Part shown: positions 1 to 12,234 of the stretch, piece after piece | Position numbering within the stretch: the first letter of the stretch is position 1 | Layout of the letters: each line of letters starts with the position of its first letter | Origin: Felis catus | Lineage: Eukaryota | NCBI RefSeq assembly: GCF_018350175.1 | Contig: NC_058383.1 | Coordinates: 22,012,001-22,076,000 of the forward strand | DNA: 64,000 nucleotides | Direction: 5' to 3' | Notes under the pieces: model-generated | Database searches by the model: none | What the model saw: the letters and a program-made list of their open reading frames with translations, nothing else | Told to the model about the DNA's origin: nothing | Made by a program: the position numbers and the translations under genes

Positions 1-1703
1 TTCTGTCTGTGAGACCTTTGCTGTGGCCGGCCTGTCTGCCCGACCACTCTGTCCTGGGCCTTCGGGGAGCTGGCTCGTTCTTAACACTCAGGTCTCCGCC
101 TGCCTTAACCGCTTCCAGTCACTTCCTTCGTAGAGCTTAGGATTCTATGTGAGTGTGCTAATTATTTCTATTTATTGCCTTGTTTACTTTCTGACTCCTT
201 CACCGGAATACAAGTGCCTGTGTATCTCAAACGTCTCACACGAGACCTCATGCAAAGCAGGTAATGTGTGAGTATTTACCAGATGTCTGTCCGTTGTGTG
301 TTGCACGGGAGGGAACCTCAGACAAGGTGGCTTCTCATGGGACAATGAGCAAAGTTGTTAACCCGGCCTGTGTGGTCCTGTGTGATCTGGCCCTTGCCCA
401 CCCACGGCTTCTTCCACCCATACTCCTCTTGGCTCCACTACGTACTAGCTGTTTATCCTCAGGCAAGTCACTTGACTTCTCCGAGCTTTAGTTTCCTTAG
501 CTTAAAATGGGTATAATGATGCTACCCTCGGAGGGCTGCTACAAGTGTTAAAGGGACAGTGTTAAGAGCCAAAAAGCTTGGAAACATCTTCTGGGGGTTT
601 TATGGGTTGGATTCGCTATATGGGTGACCAGGAAAGGGATCCATAATGGGTATATTTTTAAAAAGTTGCAGTTCAATATGGAAGCCCTCATCTCATTTTT
701 GTAAGCAAAAAATATGTGCAAATGGATTATAAGGCAGTTAATGTGAATGGTGGCCCCAGGAGTTGAGCAGTGCACTGCCTGAGCAGCTGTACGTAGGTTT
801 TTTTGTGGATTGAAGCTAGATAGGTAGATATTGATTTAGATTTCAAATAGTCATGGATACAGATCTGCACATAGATATGTCTCAGTAGGCACAGGAAAAG
901 ATTAATAAAGTTACTTTCAACAGTGGTTACCTCTGTGGGGTGGGAAGGGCATAGCATTTGAGTGGCAGAATTGGGAAGGCAACTTTTGCCTCTTACTCTC
1001 TATTTTTAAAAGTGGATTATGAGTGGGTTTTGCTTTCTTTGACTCTGTTTTCCTATATTTCTCAAATTTAAAACCTGAAAATTTTTAAGTTTAAAACTAA
1101 AAGCAGAGATAACATATAAGGAAATGTCTAGCTGATCACTGCCTGGTGTGGGGTTGCGTGTTCAGGAAACAGGGCAACTAGAGGGGAAAGAGAGGCCGTG
1201 GAGAGTCTGCATGATGGGGGCGGGGGGTGTTGGGGGCTAGAAGAAACCCTCAGCATGAAGCTTCCAGCTTGTCTTGGCAGTTTCCGGCCGTACCCAGGGG
1301 TGCCCCAGGGTTCCTTGGAAGTGCTAATGAGCTCACAGAGCTGTCCTCGGGTGCTGGCTGGGCCGTGTTTCTCTGGGGCATCTGGAGGTGGTGTCTCCTC
1401 TGTCTCACCTAACTACACAATGATGCTGATGTGAGGATCTCAATCCAAGTAGGACAGTGGGAGTCACCAGGAGGGAATGGTGGCGGCTCCACGTGAGTTC
1501 CGGGCTGTTTTGCTCTCCTACTCGTGCTTTTCTAGCTTCTAATGCAGGTTCTGCCATGGTGCTAGCTGTGTAACTTTGGCAAGTGATGTCTCAGTTTCCT
1601 CATCTGGGAAATGGGCATAATCATAGTACTTAACTCTCAGGGTTGTTGTGAGGATTGAATGAGATCAAATAGATGAGGCAGATAGCATGCTGAAATACTC
1701 ATT

Positions 1704-2048
1704 TTTAAAATTAAAAAAAATTTTCCAATGTTTATTTTTGAAAGAGAGAAAGCACACATGAGAGAGTGGGGGAGGGGCAGATAGAGAGGGAGACACAGAA
1801 TCTGAAGCAGGCTCCAGGCTCCGAGCTGTCGGCACAGAGCCTGACATGGGGTTTGAGCCCACAAACCGCAAGATCATGACCTGAGCCAAAGTCTGATGCT
1901 TAACTGACTGAGCTGCCCAGGTGCCCCTAAAATTCTTCTTAAAAATTTTATTTATTTAAGTAACCCCTATATCCAATAGCGGGGCTCGAACTCATGACCC
2001 TGCGATCAAGAGTCACACGTTCTTCCAACTGAGCCAGCCAAGTGCCCC
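1704..2048 (-). mobile_element. Can-SINE (1713-1927) inserted in the tail of a short tRNA-derived SINE (to 2048)
   Basis: Antisense SINE heads (...CAGGTGCCCC and ...AAGTGCCCC). Outer TSD TGAAATACTCATT at 1691-1703 and 2053-2065. Confidence 0.85.
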
Positions 2049-3464
2049 TTGGTGAAATACTCATTAACTCCCAGCTAGGATTAGTCTAAATATCATTTCC
2101 AAAGGCTATCATCCCTAATTCGAAATTCGGAATTCCAAACAGCTCTGAGCAAATAAACATACCTTATGATTTATTTGGGAGCAGAACTATGAGATTGTCA
2201 CAGGGACTCAGCTGGGGGCAGAACCTGACCTGAGCTGACTTGGGAAAGCACTCGTGGTCTTCGTTGGTCTCACTTGGTGCAATATTCCCGAGTTTTGCTG
2301 CAGAGCGACGGATGCATCTATCTGATGGCGGGAGGCTGTTACAGAGGTATCCAGCCATCTATAGTAGATGTCCCCTAACACCTTTCTAAAATCCTGCCGT
2401 TCTGATTCCTGGAATGCATCTGAGGAAGAGACTAGAGGTACAGCTACGGCAGACCACACACTCTTCATTTGTATGCCTTTCTCCATATATTTATATCACA
2501 TGTTTTGGCATTTGTCTTCTATTGCTCTTTAAATCAACTCACTTTTTTTTTTTTAACTGAGATGTATTTTAAAAGGAAACTTTATAACCCAACTGTAAAT
2601 GGAAAGCTAGTACCGCTGGCCATAAATAGAAGGGCATTGCAAAAGATACATACAATGGAAACAAAGTGATGTTATTAAATCCAAGCTGGATACTGTGAAT
2701 TGAAAAGCAAATACCTTTCTCCTCATGGGGTGAGATGTTATTTAGTGCCCTCTCTGGGTACCAGGCATCTGCCGTGGGAGCATGGGTGTCCCCTACTGGT
2801 GGGCTGTTGGGTAGCCCCCTGGGGGAATGAAGGGACCAGGTGACCCCCTTCCATCTGGGGTGGGCAGCACTCACATTCCATGCCCACAGGCACGTGACAT
2901 CAACGGTCATACTTCATGTGATGAGAGCAGCCTGAATTTGCTCAGTGCCACCCTGCCCCCATCTGCAACCGGAAATTTCCTTCTGATCCATCAGGCCCTT
3001 GGACCTGTGTTGCTGAGACTGCCCCGAGGGAGGCATCATTTAATTTAACTAGAGGACTGCGAGCCTATAAGCTGGTTTGGCCAGGAGCTAGATTCTAGGC
3101 AGGAAGATGTTTGTTCATTAATTTGTCCAAAAAAAAAAAAAAAAAGGTCTACATAGTGCCTACTATGTGCTAAGCACCATGCTTGGTTCCATGGGTGCAG
3201 AAGAACGTTAGATGAATGAAATGCCTGCCTTTCTGGACGTGGGGGAGAAGGAGCAAGCTCATTACTGCGTAGGAAACATGCCATGAAGGCAATAAGTAAG
3301 GTGCCATGACCGCCAATCACAGTGGGATGGACGGGAAGCCTCTAGAAGGGTTGTCTGAGCTGAGGCAGGATGCTGAACGTGAGTCAGCCACGCTGAGAAC
3401 AAGGGGGAGAGCATTCTGGAGGGCTGGCCGACATGTGCAAAGGCCCAGAGGCTAGAATCCTCAA

Positions 3465-3600
3465 GGGTGGTGTTCTCAAACTTCAGGGGGTGCAGCACCC
3501 CCAGGAGCACTTGCTAAAATACAGATTCCTCAGAGATTCTGAGCCGGGAGGTCTGGAACGGGGCCCGAAATTCTGCGTCGGCTCCCAGGAGATGCTCAGG
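3465..3600. mobile_element. MER5-like MITE fragment
   Basis: TTCTCAAACTT...CTTGCTAAAATACAGATTC...AGAGATTCTGA motifs. Confidence 0.55.
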
Positions 3601-5904
3601 GTCTTTCTATTCTGCATGCCCCGGCCCCCTGCACATGTGATGCTTCTCAAGAGAAGCTCCTTTCCTTACGGCCATGGATGCCATCTCCAAACACAGATCC
3701 CCCAGCCCAGGGTGTTGGGGGTGTGCGTTCTCTCTGGGCTTCCAGACCCGCCAACACTCCACACGCCAAAACCAGGCTGTGGTCTCTCCAGACCTCACTT
3801 TGCCAGAACCACTCATCGGCCTGCACAGAAACGGGAGCCTCGTTCTCTCCAGTGCTGTGACTCCAGGGTCTCGTCCATCCCTGGGAGCAGTGACTTCACA
3901 TTCTGCTGTGGTCCCTGGAAGAGGCCAAGGAGCACACACAAGCCCTGTCCTCTACCCATCTCGCCTCCCACTGTCTGATTCCCGTACGATGCAATGGCCT
4001 TGAAGAGAGCCAGCCTGCTGGGATGGCTTGGTAGTTAAGAGCACAGGTTCAGGACTAGCCAACCCCAAGTTCGAACCTGCCTGCCCCTTCTTGCTGGTGC
4101 AACCTCGTTCAAATTTCTCCATGTCTATGCTTCAGTTTTCTCAGCTGGAAAGCCAGAGAGGCCAAGCAAATGAGATGCTATAAATACAGCATTTGGCATG
4201 TGTCTGGGACCCAGGCTACGTGGACGATGGTCATGATGACGGTCACGATGCAGCCTGGTGGGTCACTCGGGGGAGCCCTTCATTCACAGGAGTCCCCTTT
4301 CTTCCCGTCTGGGAAGCTGGCCCCCCTTGTGAGGTGTGTGTCCCAGGACTGTAGGAGGCCTTTGTCTTGTTATGTGTTTGCCTGTGCGTTTTGCCCCATG
4401 TCTCACGGGAGAGGGCACTGCAGCTCAGGGAAATGAAGGACGTGATCTGAGGAAGACCCAGCCAAGTAGCCGAGTTGGAATCTGAACCCAGACCTGTTTG
4501 TTTTCACTCCCCAAGTCACCGCCATAATAGGACTGTGGGAGACACCAGACAAACTGGGCAGACCTGTCACTCATTCCAGGAGCCAAGGGCAGACAAGGCA
4601 CACACAGCCTGGGTCAAGCTGGGGGGCTTCCGGGGGTGGGGTGGAATCTTAGGGCGTCTCAGCTGGGCTGCTGGGAGGCCATCTGGAAAGGCGCCCAGAG
4701 CAGAATGAAGCCACAGACGGATCGATCCGTCGTCGCCCCAGTGAGCAACATGGCCGCCCGCACCATGCTGGCTCTGTGGGGATGTCAGGAAACAGGCCAG
4801 GACCTTCCCGCGGGAGCTTTGTCTCATTGGGGAGAGAGCACACAGACTCACAAAGAGGGAATCCATTTGGAGTGGGCAGTGAGTACTCAGAGTTCAGAGG
4901 AGCTTCTGGAGCGCTGGGCATCAGGCGGGGCTGAAGGGAAGTCTGAGCCTGGTCCCCAGCCAAGTCACTGACGCGGAAGGCGTGGGGCGGTCGTGTTTCA
5001 GGAGCTGGCGTAGCCAGGGCGGCATCCCCAGGCGGGGGTTCCTGCCAGGGATTGGAAAGGACGGCTGTGCCTGGCCTTGGAGCCCTGCAGGATGGGTAAG
5101 GTCCAAAGGGTTCCTGAGACCCTCCAGGTGGTCTTGGGACCTTGGGATCACTTACACTCTCTGAAACTCAGTTTCCTCCTCCATAAAAGAGGGATCATAA
5201 CAGTACAAGACCCCCGATGAGACAACGCCTGTGCGGCTGTTAGCAGGCAGGCACAGCGTACACGTTCAATACGTGCTCTCAATTAACACCTGATGCTGGG
5301 GATACGGAGGGTGGTGGCCAGAGTTGGGGGAAATGAAGTGACAGGTGTGTTCTCACAGCTGAAGAAATACACCCCAGAAGTCCAAATGCCCCTTCCTTGG
5401 ATTTGGAGAAGACCTTTCTCCCAGAATGTCTGGGCAAGGCGCAGAGGTGGATAAATCTTGGCCAAAGACACAAGGCAAAGGAGCTGTATGACAATGTGCC
5501 TGGTGCCCTGTACGCGGTCAGTGAATACTTGTTGAGTTAAGAGAACTCCAAAAATAATTCTGCGGGGCGTCGAAACGGGGCTGGGGCTGCTGAGTTGCGG
5601 AAAGTGCCAGCACGAGCCATCTCCTTTGAGCCTCAGGTGGGCCCGGCCACTCCCTTGTTCCGGGAGCTTCCCTAAGATCCTCGGCAGAGAATAAAAATAG
5701 CCGCACGAATCTGCTGCTTCCTTAGGCGGTGACCGAGGGGCTCAGGTGGTGACCGAGGGGCTCACAGCCTTGCACACTTGGGGACTGTGGCTCCTCAAAC
5801 ACCATCATGCTCCAAGCCCACGGCTCCTGTTTTCTACCCACTATCATTCCTGATTGTGCAGCAGGGGGGCTCCCGGATGGCATGGACTTGGACAGGGGTT
5901 GGTG

Positions 5905-6826
5905 GTGGGAGGAGGAGGTGGAGGAGGGGGCAGGAGGAGGGGGGGAGGAGGAGGTGGAAGAGAAGGAGGGAGGGAGCAAGGGAGAGGAGGATCATGGGGG
6001 AGGAGGAGGAGGGGGCAGGAAGAGGAGGGAGAGGAGGAAGAGGGGACAGGAGAAGGGGGAGGAGGAGGAGGTGGAGGAGGGGGAGGAGGAGGAAGGAGAA
6101 GGTGGGGGCAGGAGGAGGAGGGGGCAGAGGGAGGAGGGGGAGGAAGAGGGGGCAGGAGGAGGGAGGAAGAGGAGCAGTGGGGAGGAGGAGGAGGAACAGG
6201 AGGAGGGGGGAGGGGAGGAGGGGGAGGGGAGGAATATGAGGGGGAGGAGGAGGAGGGAGGAAGAAGAGCAGGGGGAGAAAGAGGTGGGGGCAGGAGGGGG
6301 AGGGGGCAGAAGGAGGAGGGGGAGGAAGAGGGGGCAGGAGGATGGAGGAAGAGGAGCAGGGGGAGGAGGAGGAACAGGAGGAGGGGGAGGAGGAGGAGGG
6401 AGGAAGAGGAGCAGGGGGGAGGAGGAGGAGGAGCAGGAGGAGGGGGAGAAGGAGGAGCAGGGGGGACGAGGAGGAGGCAGAAGGAGGAGGGGAGGAGGTG
6501 GAGGGGGAGGAGGGAGAGGGGGCAGGAGGAAGGGGGAAGAGGAGCAGTGGGGAGGAGGAGGAGGAACAGGAGGAGGGGGAGGTAGAGGAGGGGACAGCAG
6601 GGAGAGGAGGAGGAGGAACAGGAGGAGGGGAGGGGGAGGAGGAGAGGGGAGGAGGAGCAGGGGGGAGGAGGAGGTGGGGGCAGGAGGGGGAGGGGGCAGA
6701 AGGAGGGGGAGGAGGTGGAGGGAGGGGAGGAAGAGGGGGCAGGAAGAGGGAGGAAGAGCAGAGGGGAGGAGGAGGAACACGAGGAGGAGGAGGAGGAGGA
6801 GGTGGGGGAGGAGGAGGGAGAGGCAC
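5905..6826. repeat. About 0.9 kb GGA/GGGA purine-rich low-complexity repeat with higher-order units
   Basis: Almost only G and A on the plus strand; recurrent GGTGGGGGCAGGAGG and GGAGGAGGAACAGGAGG blocks. Confidence 0.95.
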
Positions 6827-7523
6827 AGGCAGCCGTGAGAGTCCTTAGAGAATTTGCCAGGTTTCAGAATGAAGCTGCCACATGGCTGTAGGGGAGTCGG
6901 TGGGAACACAGGGACATATATATCTATACGTGAGGGCTGTGGCACCCACACATGCAGAGCATTGTGCTGGCTAATAAACTCTGGGGAAAAGAACCAGGCT
7001 CCAACCAAAGAAGATCCTGTTGTCCAGATGGGGCCACGAGGGCAAGGCTTCCTACGTTCTCCGCATCACCGTGGTGCGTTGGGGCAGAAGGGCAAAGCCC
7101 CTCGCTCAGGCGGCAGGCTCCGAGTCAGCCTCGGCTGCCGGGCTGCCCTGTGGGCGGAGGGGCTCTCGGTACCCTGCAGCGGGCCGCTCCATGCGCCTGG
7201 GCCCAGGGCTGTCTTACAGGGTCCCGTGCTTAGAAGAGTCCCGTGCTTGACTGAATGCTCTGCCCCACTGTCTTGAAAGCCTTCGTGTTTCCTGACCCGG
7301 GAGCTCCCCATTTTCAGCTAGCACAGGACCCCACAAATCATGCTGCCCATCCTGCAGCCCACACAAGGCGACCAGAGAGGAGCTCTGTTTGGGGGCCATG
7401 TACACATCCTAGATCTATCTTTTGGGCCAATTTCGTCTTTTCACTGAACCCAAAAAGGGTAGAAAAGTTGAGGTCTTAAACACAGAAAAGTGCTAAGAAA
7501 AGGAACCTCTCAACATAGGGATT

Positions 7524-7722
7524 GGGGCGCCTGGGTGGCTCAGTCAGTTAAGCAACTGACTTCATCATCTCATGGTTCATGGGTTCGAGCCCTGTGTTTG
7601 GCTCTGCACTGACAGCTCAGAGTCTGCTTGGGATTCTCTCTCCCTCTCTCTGTCCCTCCCCGACTTGTGCTTTCTCTCTCTCTCTCTCTCTCAGAATAAA
7701 TAAATAAACTTAAAAAACAACC
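7524..7722 (+). mobile_element. Can-SINE
   Basis: GGGGCGCCTGGGTGGCTCAG head, (CT)n and A-tail; TSD ACATAGGGATT at 7513-7523 and 7723-7733. Confidence 0.92.
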
Positions 7723-9199
7723 ACATAGGGATTATGAGCCTTGACTCTGGAGCCAGAGTGCCTGGGTTCAAATTCTGTCCCTGCTGCTCAAGCTGTATAA
7801 CCTCGGGCAAGTTGCTCTAGCTCTCTGAGTCTGACTTTCCTCATCTGCAAGTCAGAGATAATAGATTCATCTCAGAGGGTTTTTGTAAGAAATAATGATT
7901 CTACATATGTAACGTTCTTAGAATTGTGAAAGTTTCAGCTACTATTATTTTTTTTAAAAAGACAAATTGTTATACACGCTGTGATTACTATTTATTCAGT
8001 GCCTACTGGGTGAGAAACATAGTTTCATTTAATCCTTACAAGAACACCGTGAGATACATACTGTTGTTTTCATCCGCGTTTTTATAGATGAGAAAACTAA
8101 AGCACAGAGAGGGTAAGTGACTTGTGCAAGGAAGCACGGCTAAGAAGGGGCCTTGAACACAGGTGGCCTAGCTCTGGACCTGCACATTATATTCCTCTTT
8201 GCTACGCAACTCACCAAAACTGGGGAGGGACGTAGATTGTTTTGATGGGGAGGGAGGCGACGCTGAACTGAATTATGGACAGGTCGATTAGAGAGGATTA
8301 TGGAGGAGCCAAGTGGAGATGCCCAGTGGGCTGTTTCCGACCCGCAGCCTTGGAACAGGAGGCCATGGTTTATAGTCTAAACCATTTTTCCCCACTGCCT
8401 GATACGGTCCAGCCCCAGCCGCCAAGGTTTAGTTCTGTCTTCCTTCTTGTTGGCTGGGATTTCATACTTAGAGCAGGTTGGTGAAGGCGGGTTCTAACAG
8501 TTTTCCAAATCAACCCCTAAACGGGTCAGGTCCAGAGACAGACGGGGCAACCGATCACGCTGGAAACACGCATCTGAGGACAAGAGGCCTGGCCTGGAAA
8601 AGCCTCTCCTGCTTCCTTGTGCCCAACCTCCCGCCTCATTGCTTTTTATCACATACTTAAAAAGGTCTTAAGAGGCACCAGGTATTTTTAAATAGCACTT
8701 TACAGATACTAACTCACAGTAACCCCATGGGATACTGACTTCCCACTTTATAGATGGGAAAGTCGAGGCACAGGGAGGTCAAGTAATGTGCCGTGTACCT
8801 GTCTGTAGAGCTTTTGCTCTTAAGTTTTGCCCCATACTGTGGCTGAGAGAGGCAACCCAAGTGTGCTGTGGTTGGCTGCCTCCTCCTGACACAGAAAAGG
8901 GAAACAGCCTGAGAATGCTCTGAGGGTCTCGGTCCCCTGTGTCCATGCTGGAGAGCTGTCCAGGAAGCAGGAGCCTGTAGAATCCTCGATATTCGTCCCT
9001 TGCAGGGACATCACCTAGAGGGTGTCCAGGAAGAGCGTCTACCTCTGTTTGAGCTCAAGCACCCTCAGGAGAGTCGCTCCAATGAGCTGATCTGTGCACA
9101 CTGACTGAGCACCTCACAGCAGGATGTGGGGAGTCCAGAAAACCCCCCACTTTTTGAACCCTCCTCCTTGAGGAGGAGAATCCAAGGTGAAATTCCAGG

Positions 9200-9440
9200 A
9201 TATGGACACCGGAGCCAGACCGCCCAGGTTCAAATCCCTGCAGCAACACCTACTAGCTGTGTGACCTTGGGAAAGTCACCTAACCTCTCTGTACCTCAGT
9301 CTCCCCACGTGTAAAATGGGGATAACAACCGCCCTATCGCATAGGAATGTCGCGAGGATTAAACGAGTTCATCTGTGGTAAGTGATGACAACAGTGGCGG
9401 GCACGTAAGAGACACGGTCTAAGCGACAGCTATTTTCATT
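9200..9440 (+). mobile_element. MIR SINE (representative; others at about 430-575, 1560-1690, 7735-7940, 10550-10740, 28710-28920)
   Basis: MIR core CTAGCTGTGTGACCTTGGGAAAGTCACCTAACCTCTCTGTACCTCAGTCTCCCCACGTGTAAAATGGGGATAA. Confidence 0.85.
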
Positions 9441-10753
9441 GTTGGGGATTTCCTGTCTCAGATCGACTATCTGATACCTTTCCCTTGCCCTCGGATGTTC
9501 AATTTGTCAGCAGGTTCCGTCAATCTCCAAAGCGTGTCACCGCGTGGAACACTTCCCCTGCATGCTGGTCCGAGCTACCAGCACCTCCTGCCTGGATGGC
9601 TCCAGTAACCTACATGTTCTCCCTGCTCCACTTTTCCTCATGCCTGGCCCACAGTGATGTTTTACAGAGAAAACCACTTCGCATGACTCCCTCGCTTCCC
9701 ATCAGATTTAGGACCACCTCTGAAGTTCCCACCAGGCTCAATGGTCCCTCCATCATCCGATTCCCTTCTGTCTCCTAGCCCTCATCTCCTACCATGCTAC
9801 CCCCTTGGTCACCGTGTTCCAGTCACACGAGCTGCAAACACACAGAGCTCTTCACTGCCCTAGGGCCTTAGCACATGCTGTTCCATCCACCTGGAATACG
9901 TATCTGTATTCTCACATGCCTGGCTTCATCTTCCACTCGGGTCTCGGCTCAGATGCCCTCCCCATCATCCATGGTAGGACATGATCTGATTTCCTCTTGA
10001 AGATCTGCTCCCGTCTTTGGGGAGAAATCATTACTTACACAGCGTGCTCTTGCAATGTTTCTACCAAGTCCCATCAGGCACTAGGCACCCCTGTGCGGAA
10101 GCACGTGAACTGGAATTCATCTGCTCACTCAACAGGCATTGTGCTAGGAGGTGTGTGCAAAACCAAGGCAAACGAATAATGTGCCGGCTCACCAGGAGAT
10201 CAAAGCCCGAGCTAGAAGCTTATCTGGTGGTTTTCTCAGGCTGAAAACATGCCGTGGCCCAGAACTTTCCGTGAAGAGTGAAACTGCTCTAACAGGAGGC
10301 CTAGGTTTGAATCCCAGCTCTGATGCTTGTTGTGATGACCTTGGGCAAGTCACTTAACCTTTCTGAGCCTCTCCTACCTGATGACGCTGCTGTTGGGAGA
10401 AAAAGACATAAAATACAGAAAAGCAGCTAGCACATTAGGCGCTAAATACTTGTTTGTTGCCTTCTTTTTCTACCCTACATACTCATTAGTCCTTTTTTCT
10501 TCGTTCAAATGCCTTAACTTTGTGCACTTTGCTGAGATAGAGAGCAGTGGTTAAGCATTTGTATTAGAGCCTGACTGCACTGCTTTCTCAGCTGTGTGAC
10601 CTCAGGCAGGTTGCTCGACATCTCTGTGCCTTAGTTGCCACATCTGCAAAGTGAGAATAATAATTTACAGAGCTGTTGTGAAGGATGAGCTAATTTGGAA
10701 AAGGTGGGTTGGCCGGTGGCACCTAGTCAATGCTTTAAAAACCATTAGCTCTA

Positions 10754-10965
10754 GGGGCGCCTGGGTGGCTCAGTCGGTTGAGCGGCCAACTTCGGCTCAG
10801 GTCATGATATCCTGGTTCATGAGTTCAAGCCACGCCTCGGGCTCTGTGCTGACAGCTCGGAGCCTGGAGCCTGCTTCCGATTCTGTGTCTCCCTCCCTCT
10901 CTGCCCCTCTCCCACTTATACTCTCTCTCTCGCTCTCAAAAGTAAATAAAACATTTAAAAAAACC
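10754..10965 (+). mobile_element. Can-SINE (SINEC_Fc-like)
   Basis: Full head, body and tail; TSD AAAAAC(C/G)ATTAGCT. Confidence 0.92.
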
Positions 10966-12039
10966 CAAAACGATTAGCTTTCACCACTGATACTGTTAAG
11001 CAGTGGGCTCAGGCACAGACAAGGGCAGCCTGCAGAGAGGACGGATGGGATGGAAAAACACAAAGCCACAGCCTCGAAGTTGTAGAGATGGCACAGGCAC
11101 CCCAGAACGCAAGAGGGAAATGCGTGCTCGGTCTGTGCCCTGGCCAGCTGCAGGCACCAGAAGGGCGGATTGCTTCCAGAACAGCCACACTCAGATGCAG
11201 AACGCACTGCACTTCTGTCTACGGTGGCTACAATGGGGAGTGCTTTGGGGTGACCCAGCATCTCCCCCTCACCGGGTGCACTGGCCTTCCTCCTGGATCC
11301 CTGGCTCATCTGTTCGTTCATGTGAGCTTTCCCGAGGGTCCACAGAGACAAAGCCTGTGTCCCATGCTCAGGAAGTTTCAGGTGCAAACAAGAGTCGGGG
11401 TTGGGGGGCAAGTGAAGAGTTCAGGGCGGAGAGGAGGCAGACGCATCGTCAAACTCATCCCCCTCCTCACGTGCAGATGAGGGGACGCTAAACGGACACC
11501 CTTGTGCTGCAGGCCCAGTACTGCTGGAGGCGTCCGGCCTCCGCAACCCACCCCCTGTTTTCGGAGATGCCACCGCCAGCCCCAAGACGCGGAGCCATGC
11601 CTCAGAAACACGAAGGACACAAGGAGGTTCCCCCCACCCCCCGGGGATGAGAGCCCTTCCCTGTCACACACCAGGCAGGATTCCTTCCCTGGCTGTATGT
11701 TCCCCACGAACATTTTGTCGCAGGTGGGGGGCCTCTGGTTCTCTCAAGGGGTGCATGGAACGGAAAGGTGACCCTTCCCTGTTCACTGGGTGCCGTGATG
11801 GGGGGAGCACGCGGGTGCAGGTTACAGCAGAGTCTAGGAGTGCAGTGTGTGACTTAGGAGTTGTCGTCGCTGTGTTGCTGGTACACACACTCCTGGAGCT
11901 GTGTGTGCCAGAGGCTTCCGGGCTGGGCTCTTGGGAACAATCCCCGAGGGGTGGCGGAGGGAGAGGGAGAGCGGAACGGCCGCGCAGCTGTTATGTGGAC
12001 TCAGCACTTCCACGGGGACTGTGGAGTGAGAAGGCATTT

Positions 12040-12234
12040 TATTAAATTATTTACTTATTTATTATTTTCTCAAAAATGTTTTTTTTTTTTTGAGATACAG
12101 AGCGCCGGTGGGGGAGGGGCAGAGAGAGAGGAGGAAAGAGGGTCAGAAGCGGGTGTGGCCCTGACAGCAGCTAGCCCGACGTGGGGCTCGAAACTCAAGA
12201 ATCGTTAGATGGTGACCTGAGCCTGAGACACCCC
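12040..12234 (-). mobile_element. Can-SINE, diverged
   Basis: T-rich tail, GGGGAGGGGCAGAGAGAG and GTGGGGCTCGAA motifs. Confidence 0.8.

Noticed and set aside
5778..7008. Long Gly/Glu/Arg- or Pro/Leu/Ser-rich ORFs (up to 343 aa) on both strands
   Set aside because: Artefact of the GGA low-complexity tract, which lacks stop codons in nearly all frames; no domain-like content.
10651..10977. Recurring peptides such as GAWVAQSV...SLEPASDSVSPSLSAP in many short ORFs
   Set aside because: Translations of Can-SINE sequence, not a gene family.
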